NCBI GenBank assembly: GCA_965249225.1 | Contig: CBDFLT010000009.1 | Coordinates: 159,593-223,592, forward strand | DNA from: Dehalococcoidia bacterium | GTDB lineage: Bacteria; Chloroflexota; Dehalococcoidia; Lucifugimonadales; G963668185 | Length of the DNA stretch: 64,000 nt | Reading direction: 5' to 3' | Shown here: piece by piece, positions 57,951-64,000 of the stretch | Layout of the letters: each line of letters begins with the position of its first letter | Numbering within the stretch: position 1 is the first letter of the stretch | Notes under the pieces: generated by a model | Told to the model about the DNA's origin: nothing | The model's database searches: none | Seen by the model: only the letters and a program-made list of their open reading frames with translations | Translations under genes and position numbers: made by a program

Positions 57951-59438
57951 ATGCTGAAAGGCCCACTAATAGTACTGCTGCTGACCCTGATAACGCTGCT
58001 GCCCGCAACGTCGGCTCGCGCCGACGACGGGACAATCGAGATCATCTCCACCAGCGTCGTCAGCGAATTCCCCGAGGGAATCAGGTTCAGTCTGGAGGCC
58101 AAGAGCGACAAGGAAATCGAAACGGTGGCCGTACGGTTCAAGATCGGACAGCAGACGGCTGGGGCGTACAACTACCTCGACTTCGAGCAGGGCACGCTGA
58201 TCGACTCCGAGCTTTTTTGGAGGACCAACACCTCCGTCCGGTACATACCACCTGGCACCGTCATTAGGTACAGCTTCGAGGTCGAGGACGTCGATGGGGG
58301 CTTCTTAAAGACGGCGCAGGAGGTTTTTACCTACCACGACGCGCGGTTCACCTGGGAGGAGATCTCAGATGGCCCCGTTACGGTGGCGTACCACGGGCCG
58401 GTTAAGTCGCGGGCGCAGACCATTCTCGAAACCATCGTCGAGACCTTCAGCATAATGGGACCCCTTCTTGGAGCCGACATCGAGGCCCCTCTCAGGGTGA
58501 CGGTGTACAACAACGTCAAGGAGATGCTGCAGGCGTTGCCTCCTAGGAGCGCCACCATAAGCCGGGAGCTGATCACCGAGGGCCAGGCGTTCACCAACGT
58601 CGGTACGCTGCTGATATTGGGCAGCAGCCGGCTTTACGTGGGAACCTCAGCTCACGAGGCGGTCCACATACTCACCCACCGCGCCGGGGACAGCACGTTC
58701 CGTCGGGTCCCCTCATGGCTGGACGAAGGCCTGGCCGAGTTCGGCAACCCCGAGCCGGGCTACTCCTACGACATAGCGCTGGACTTCGCCCTCGAGACGG
58801 ACCGGCTCATGCCCATTACGTTCATGGAGACCACACCGGGCGACCCTGAGGACGTGATCATTTTCTATGGAGAGGCCCGAAGCATCGTCCGGTTCATGGT
58901 ATTCCAGTACGGCCCGTTCGCGATGAGGGATTTGATAGCCGATCTCAAGAGCGGGACCAACATGGACGACGCGCTCGAGAAGCTGTACGGCGTTGATCGT
59001 ATAGGCCTGGAAAACCTGTGGCGGGAGGCGATTTACGCGCCTCTCTACGAGCCACCGGACCTTGAAGCGGCGCGCCCAACAGCGGTGCCGCGGCCTACCG
59101 TGCTGCCATACACCTTAACTCCGCAGCCGCAGGCGGAGGCCATCGGAGGGACGGGACCAACCCCTGAGCCTGAGCAACAGGCCACGGAAACGCCGACGCG
59201 CGAACCGGAGCCGACGGCCACGTCCGCACCCGTGACAGCCGCCCGCGACACAGCGGAGCCCACGGCGACAACGGTCGTTCAGCCCAAAGCCCCGGAGGAT
59301 GAACCCGAAGGAGGCGGGGGAGGATGCAGCGCGAGACCCGGTGGCGCCCCAGGCGCAGGTGAGGTCTCCACGGCCGTATTGCTTGTGGGGTTGGTAGGCC
59401 TGGCCGTGAGGCGGCGCGTGGGCAGGCCAAGGGGCTAG
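57951..59438 (+). CDS. Secreted MA-clan zinc peptidase-like protein with Pro/Thr/Glu-rich linker and C-terminal anchor
   Basis: Signal peptide MLKGPLIVLLLTLITLLPATSARA, HEAVH plus downstream WLDEGLAEF, and a C-terminus GGGGGCSARPGG...VSTAVLLVGLVGLAVRRRVGRPRG. The start is ATG 57951, within the longer track ORF. Confidence 0.6.
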   Translation: MLKGPLIVLLLTLITLLPATSARADDGTIEIISTSVVSEFPEGIRFSLEAKSDKEIETVAVRFKIGQQTAGAYNYLDFEQGTLIDSELFWRTNTSVRYIPPGTVIRYSFEVEDVDGGFLKTAQEVFTYHDARFTWEEISDGPVTVAYHGPVKSRAQTILETIVETFSIMGPLLGADIEAPLRVTVYNNVKEMLQALPPRSATISRELITEGQAFTNVGTLLILGSSRLYVGTSAHEAVHILTHRAGDSTFRRVPSWLDEGLAEFGNPEPGYSYDIALDFALETDRLMPITFMETTPGDPEDVIIFYGEARSIVRFMVFQYGPFAMRDLIADLKSGTNMDDALEKLYGVDRIGLENLWREAIYAPLYEPPDLEAARPTAVPRPTVLPYTLTPQPQAEAIGGTGPTPEPEQQATETPTREPEPTATSAPVTAARDTAEPTATTVVQPKAPEDEPEGGGGGCSARPGGAPGAGEVSTAVLLVGLVGLAVRRRVGRPRG

Positions 59439-59582
59439 CGGCCGGTCTCAAGGCCAGCTGACGCAACCCGGCAACCTAACCCTTCCCGATGTCATCAGGT
59501 CGATTTCGACCAACATCTCCAATTCGCCATCGTACCACCCAATTGAGTACCATGTCGGAACGATAGTCGTTTTTAACGAGGT

Positions 59583-60818
59583 GTGTCGATGGTAGGTTGG
59601 GCCACGCGTCAGATCGGCCACACCTGGTTTACGAGAGACCCTTGGCTGGGCCTGTGGATATCGGCGCTGGCCGTGGGCCTGGTGGCGATTCCCATGTCCC
59701 TGACCCAGGGAGAGCTACCGCTGGGCGGGGACCACATCAAGTACATCGCCATGGCGGAAGAGCCGTTCGGCGACGATCCGCTAACCCGTGTGGCGCCGGC
59801 AAGCTGGCGACCGCTTACGCCTCTGTTGGTGTTCATATCTCCGCTTCCTCTCAAGGCCAGCTTTTACCTGATTTCGTTCATAGGCCTGGTGTTGGCCTCA
59901 TATTTTCTCTATCTATATCTGAGAGACCTCAATTTCACCACCCGGTATCGGATTTACGGGGTGGCGCTCTTCGCAACCCTCTTTTACGCGGTTGGGCATA
60001 ACCTTCGGGAGTTTTACCTGACAGACCCAGTAGCGCTGGCCAGTATCGCCCTGGCTTTTTTGCTCTTCGGCAGACGTCGCTACCTGCTGCTCAGCATCGC
60101 ACTCGCAGTCGCCGCCCTGAACAAAGAGGTGGTCTTGCTGGCCTTCCCCGCGTTTTTCCTGATAGGCCTCAGTCGAGGTCATCGGAATGAGTTGATACGA
60201 AACGCGGTTATCATCGTTGCGGTCTTCATCCCGGCAGCTATCGTGCACACAATTGCCCGGATATCAATCGACCCGGTCAACGAGTACACATTCGTGGACA
60301 TGGCTGAGGCCGTGTTCGAAATCAGATTTGGAGACAGCGTCTGGGATGCGCCGTCGGAGCTTGTCAGATGGTCATTGTTAACATGGGGAGTCCTGGCAGT
60401 CCTCTTCCTCGTGGACCCCGTTCGGAGGCTCAAACAGGTCGTCCTTGTGCGCCCTTGGGTGTCGGTGTTCATGGTGAGTATTTTCATACAGATAGTGTTC
60501 GGAAGCGCCACCGAACGGCTTCTGGTCTACGCGTTTCCGGTCATGGTGCCCATTGGGCTTGCCATGATAGCGGACCTGTCCGGTTCGTTGAGCGTCTCGG
60601 ACCTAAAGCTGACCCTGCTGCTCCTGGTCCCCCACCTGCTTCTATTCTTCATGCAGGTGACCCTCGACATACACACGACAAACATTGGCATAGCGGCGGC
60701 TGTGGCGGTCCTGGTGCTCTCTTGGATCGCACTCCAGGCGCTATCCCTCATTCGTACTAGGAGGGGGGTTGAGGGCGCGGAGCCAACGCGCGCATCAGCC
60801 CTGTTTGCAGACTATTAG
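59583..60818 (+). CDS. Polytopic integral membrane protein (possible GT-C-type glycosyltransferase)
   Basis: 411 aa with >=9 predicted hydrophobic helices. No specific family was recognised. The GT-C suggestion rests only on topology and proximity to the PI/PIM genes. Confidence 0.4.
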   Translation: MSMVGWATRQIGHTWFTRDPWLGLWISALAVGLVAIPMSLTQGELPLGGDHIKYIAMAEEPFGDDPLTRVAPASWRPLTPLLVFISPLPLKASFYLISFIGLVLASYFLYLYLRDLNFTTRYRIYGVALFATLFYAVGHNLREFYLTDPVALASIALAFLLFGRRRYLLLSIALAVAALNKEVVLLAFPAFFLIGLSRGHRNELIRNAVIIVAVFIPAAIVHTIARISIDPVNEYTFVDMAEAVFEIRFGDSVWDAPSELVRWSLLTWGVLAVLFLVDPVRRLKQVVLVRPWVSVFMVSIFIQIVFGSATERLLVYAFPVMVPIGLAMIADLSGSLSVSDLKLTLLLLVPHLLLFFMQVTLDIHTTNIGIAAAVAVLVLSWIALQALSLIRTRRGVEGAEPTRASALFADY

Positions 60819-60855
60819 GCCATGGGGGGACAGAGCCTGGTGCGAAGTGTGGAGC

Positions 60856-61824
60856 CTACCTGGTCCTGGGGTTCAGAACGTCGTTTAGAGCGTCTCCCAG
60901 CAGGGACCACGTCACCACAAGCAAGGTAGCGGCAAACCCAGGCGCCAACAGCAACCACGGCTTGTTCTGGAGGGCCGACAGGCTTCCCCCGTCCAGCAGC
61001 ATCGTGCCCAGGCTGGGCCTGGGTGGCTGGATTCCAAGTCCCAACCAGCTCAAGATTATCTCGGTGCCCACCACCGTTCCCATACCCAGGGTTACGGTGA
61101 TGACGATGGGGCTGATGGCGTTGGGAAGTAGATGGGTAAAGAGTATCCTGGGAGTCGACGCGCCCATGCTCCTCGCGGCATCGATGAATTGAGTCTCCTT
61201 CAGCACCAGGACCTGGCCTCTCACCAGCCGCGCCATTGCAATCCAGCTGAAGGAAACGAGGGCCAGCGACACGACCACGTAGTCGGCCACCCCCGCATTC
61301 TGCAGACCGTCCAGGAAAGTGTGGTCCTCGATCCACCCCACCCACACCCGCATCCTGGGCCTTAGGGTCGCCGCGAGGATGATCGCCAGGAGAATGTCGG
61401 GAAAGGACGAAAACAGCTCCCCGATCCTCATGATAATGGAGTCGATCCGGCCTCCAAAATACCCGGACACAAGGCCCAGCGAGATGCCGATTAGCAGGCT
61501 GCCGGTGGCCATCGCCACCACCGTGAGGATAACGGTGTTCTGTATCCCCCACAACACCCTGGTGAAAACATCCCGTCCGGCGAAGTCGGTACCGGCGATA
61601 TGTCGAAGGCTGGGCGGCTGCGCCTGAAGGGCCGTGTAGTCCAGTTCCCGGTAGCTGTAAGGAGAGACCCAAGCGGCGAAGATCCCACCCGAGTACAGCA
61701 GGACCAGCGCGACAATGCATGCCATGGCGATTTTCTTGCGGACCAGCCGGCTCAACGCCCGCGCCAGGTGCCCTCTGGACTTCGCCGGCTTGGCCAAATT
61801 CTGGCTAAGCGCCTCTACAGCCAC
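60856..61824 (-). CDS. ABC transporter permease, DppC/OppC-type
   Basis: 322 aa with 6 TM helices and the EAA-loop region (FIDAARSMGASTPRILFTHLLPN). Confidence 0.8.
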   Translation of the reverse strand: MAVEALSQNLAKPAKSRGHLARALSRLVRKKIAMACIVALVLLYSGGIFAAWVSPYSYRELDYTALQAQPPSLRHIAGTDFAGRDVFTRVLWGIQNTVILTVVAMATGSLLIGISLGLVSGYFGGRIDSIIMRIGELFSSFPDILLAIILAATLRPRMRVWVGWIEDHTFLDGLQNAGVADYVVVSLALVSFSWIAMARLVRGQVLVLKETQFIDAARSMGASTPRILFTHLLPNAISPIVITVTLGMGTVVGTEIILSWLGLGIQPPRPSLGTMLLDGGSLSALQNKPWLLLAPGFAATLLVVTWSLLGDALNDVLNPRTR

Positions 61825-61840
61825 GTCGCCCGTGCCCTCT

Positions 61841-62773
61841 CTACTTGTAGCGGATTCGTGGGTCGATGAACGCGTAAGCGATGTCGGCCAGCAGGTTCGC
61901 CAGAACGAACGCGCCCGCGGTTATCATCGTGATCGCCATGACCACCGGATAGTCTCTCTCGAAGATGGAGTCGATAAGGAACCGCCCAATGCCGGGGATT
62001 CCAAGTATCCTCTCAGTTATAAAAGCGCCGCCCAGGAGTCCTACCAGGGCGAACGCCATAATCGTGACAACCGGGATCAGGGCGTTCTTGAGAATGTGTC
62101 TAGAGTCGATCGTGAACTCGGACAGCCCCTTTGAACGAGCGGTCCGGATGAAATCCTGTCCCATTACGTCGAGGGTGCTGGCTCGCATAAGGCGCGTAAT
62201 ACCCGCCACCCCCGGCACTCCCAGGGCGATAGCAGGGATCACGATCCGCGCGTCGAACAGGCCACCCCAACCCGCGCATGGGACCCAGTGGAGCTTCAGG
62301 CAAAGTCCCCATAGCAAGGCGGGGATGGTGACCATGACCGGTATCGACATGAGCAGAATAGCGGTGGCCACCGTCGCAGGGTCCTCCCACCGGCCCTGTC
62401 GGTGGGCGATAAGGAACCCCAGAGGCAGGCCCACGCCCAGGCTGATCACCAAGGCGGCGATCCCCACCTGCGCCGACACCCACAGCTTGGGACCTATCAG
62501 GCCCAGCACTGAACGCCCCGGGAACCTGAAGCTTTCCCCGAAGTCGCCGTAGCGGACCACGTCCCACATGTAGTCGCCGTACTGGACCATATAAGGCCGG
62601 TCGAGGCCCAATGATTCGCGCAGAACCGTCGCGCGCTTCTCGTCGTAACGGTTGCCGAGCATTATGGTGACGGGATCGCCGGGGACGAAGCGGAAGAGGG
62701 CAAAGGTGACGAAGGAAACGGCGAAAAGCAGGACCGGAAGCCAGATCAACCGGCGCGCTATGTAGACCCACAT
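61841..62773 (-). CDS. ABC transporter permease, DppB/OppB-type
   Basis: 310 aa with MWVYIARRLIWLPVLLF, an EAA loop (FIRTARSKGLSEFTIDSRHILKNALIP) and a C-terminal DPRIRYK. Confidence 0.8.
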   Translation of the reverse strand: MWVYIARRLIWLPVLLFAVSFVTFALFRFVPGDPVTIMLGNRYDEKRATVLRESLGLDRPYMVQYGDYMWDVVRYGDFGESFRFPGRSVLGLIGPKLWVSAQVGIAALVISLGVGLPLGFLIAHRQGRWEDPATVATAILLMSIPVMVTIPALLWGLCLKLHWVPCAGWGGLFDARIVIPAIALGVPGVAGITRLMRASTLDVMGQDFIRTARSKGLSEFTIDSRHILKNALIPVVTIMAFALVGLLGGAFITERILGIPGIGRFLIDSIFERDYPVVMAITMITAGAFVLANLLADIAYAFIDPRIRYK

Positions 62774-62896
62774 CGTCCGCCTCCAGCCTAATGGCTTAAC
62801 TCACGCCCAACGGATTCTCAGACGTCAGGTACAAAACGTCAAGCTGCCCCGGCGGTTGCGCGGGGCAGCTTTCTTGGGGCAATTCGTGAATGTTAG

Positions 62897-64000
62897 GGAA
62901 CCTCTGAATAACCCTTCATATGCTGGATTGAATTGATTGCAGGGGTAGTTCGAAGATGTTCAATTCTTTGCGATGGCCCATCAGGCTGTTGCGGCCCTAA
63001 ATCGGGTCTGTTTGGGCTTCGAAAGCGGGCTCTGCCGGGGGCGTGTCGCCGCTATCAACCTGATTTGGGCGCACTTCTCTCTCGTCACACCGCCAAGTGG
63101 CGCTCGGCTGTCATCAAGTTGGCAAACCCCAGCAGCAACGCCAGCCGTTGCGTGTTCTTGGCCAGTCCACGATACCGCACCTTGGCGTAGCCAAAGTGAC
63201 GCTTCACATACAGGAACGGATGCTCCACCTTCGCCCTGACCGACGCCTTGCGCTTCTCCGCCAACGCCTCCTCGCTTTCAGGTGCTAGCTGCCGACGCCG
63301 ACCGGGCTTCATCGCCACGCGCCACTCCACATCCAACTCTCGGTTCTCCTCCCGCTTATCGACTCCCTGATACCCCGCATCGCCCCACACCCGCGTCTCT
63401 CCACCGTGTAGTAACCGGTGAGTTTCGGTCACGTCATGCACGTTCGCTGATGTCATAGCTACACTATGCACCACCCCTGTCTCTTCGTCCGCCCCGATGT
63501 GCACCTTCATACCGAAGCTCCACTTGTTGCCCTTCTTGGTCTGGTGCATCTCTGGGTCACGCTCCCGGGCACGGTTCTTAGTCGACGACGGCGCCTCGAT
63601 GATGCTCGCGTCCACTATAGTCCCCTCCCGAAGACGAAGCCCCTGAGTCTCCAGGTGGACGTTGATGGTCTTGAACAGACCTTCGCCAAGATCGTGCTCC
63701 TCCAGCAAGTGGCGGAAGTTCAGGATCGTCGTCTCGTCAGGCAGAGGGCCCGACAGCCTCAGGCCCACGAATCGCCTCACCGACTCGACCTCGTATAGCA
63801 TGTCTTCCATCCCAGGGTCGCTCAGGTTGTAGAACAGCTGCACGCAGTGTATGCGAAGCATCGCCGACAGCTCATACGGATGCCGGCCTCGGCCAGCCTC
63901 GGGATAGTATGGTCGAATGCGACTCTCCAACTGTCCCCACGGTATCAGACCGTCCATGCGCTCCAGAAACAGCTCCCGCCGAGTCTTGCGCTTCTTACAC
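62897..64000 (-). mobile_element. IS5-family insertion sequence, second copy (truncated by the window edge)
   Basis: Visually identical to 30439-31542 (offset 32458). It has the same orientation, and the left flank is TTAG instead of CTAG. Confidence 0.9.
63085..64000 (-). CDS. IS5-family DDE transposase (5' end beyond window)
   Basis: The translation is identical to the 30627-31577 transposase over the visible part. Confidence 0.9.
   Translation of the reverse strand, partial: CKKRKTRRELFLERMDGLIPWGQLESRIRPYYPEAGRGRHPYELSAMLRIHCVQLFYNLSDPGMEDMLYEVESVRRFVGLRLSGPLPDETTILNFRHLLEEHDLGEGLFKTINVHLETQGLRLREGTIVDASIIEAPSSTKNRARERDPEMHQTKKGNKWSFGMKVHIGADEETGVVHSVAMTSANVHDVTETHRLLHGGETRVWGDAGYQGVDKREENRELDVEWRVAMKPGRRRQLAPESEEALAEKRKASVRAKVEHPFLYVKRHFGYAKVRYRGLAKNTQRLALLLGFANLMTAERHLAV

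Noticed and set aside
60815-61720. A 301-aa minus-strand ORF overlapping the dppC-like gene in another frame.
   Set aside because: It has Arg/Gly/Pro-rich composition and no motifs. The alternative frame (60856-61824) is a well-formed ABC permease.
31664-62896. The region between the two IS5 copies as a composite transposon.
   Set aside because: The interior contains core housekeeping genes (glmU, two tRNA-Arg genes, inositol lipid genes). The left flanks differ (CTAG versus TTAG) and copy 1 has its own matching CTAG duplication, so the insertions were independent.

Overview
High-GC bacterial chromosomal segment. Bacterial markers are a sigma-70 RpoD, bifunctional GlmU, lipobox lipoproteins, an IS5-family element and bacterial-type tRNAs. 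The gene content is reminiscent of Chloroflexota, but that cannot be verified from this window. Layout by region: (1) 1-19.7 kb is housekeeping: a trxB fragment, two tandem DSD1/D-threonine-aldolase-like PLP genes, tsaD, hemL, rpe, a tightly packed arginine cluster (argJ-argB-UPF0182-argD, then argG-maoC-argH), archease-rtcB and rpoD. (2) 19.9-27.1 kb is the most unusual part: an orphan lipoprotein, four tandem archaellin-type (archaeal flagellin-like) genes, and a divergent two-component module (NarL-like response regulator with a degraded HTH, a CheY-like regulator, a HisKA_3 kinase). No archaellum or pilus assembly genes are present in the window. (3) 27.4-44.8 kb is accessory/catabolic: cyclase, Rieske oxygenase, NHL propeller, a DUF1800/DUF1501 pair, amidase, an orphan solute-binding protein, LLM and FAD/BBE oxidoreductases, a decaying LLM pseudogene, a cytoplasmic RdhA/QueG-family Fe-S protein, and a small orphan nuclease-like gene bracketed by 44-bp direct repeats next to tRNA-Arg. 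(4) 44.9-62.8 kb holds two tRNA-Arg genes flanking a 5'-3' exonuclease, two paralogous collagen-repeat lipoproteins, corC-like, glmU, a 2-hydroxyacid dehydrogenase, a lower-GC islet with a DUF4145-like Zn-ribbon protein, an ino1-pimA-like-PIP-synthase cluster, a PDO-like double thioredoxin-fold protein, a secreted MA-clan peptidase with a sorting-signal-like C-terminus, a polytopic membrane protein and two Dpp/Opp-type permeases. Two visually identical, directly oriented IS5-family copies sit at 30.4 kb and 62.9 kb (the second is cut by the window edge). No rRNA or CRISPR was seen. Most other ORFs in the six-frame track are antisense or alternate-frame artefacts of high GC.
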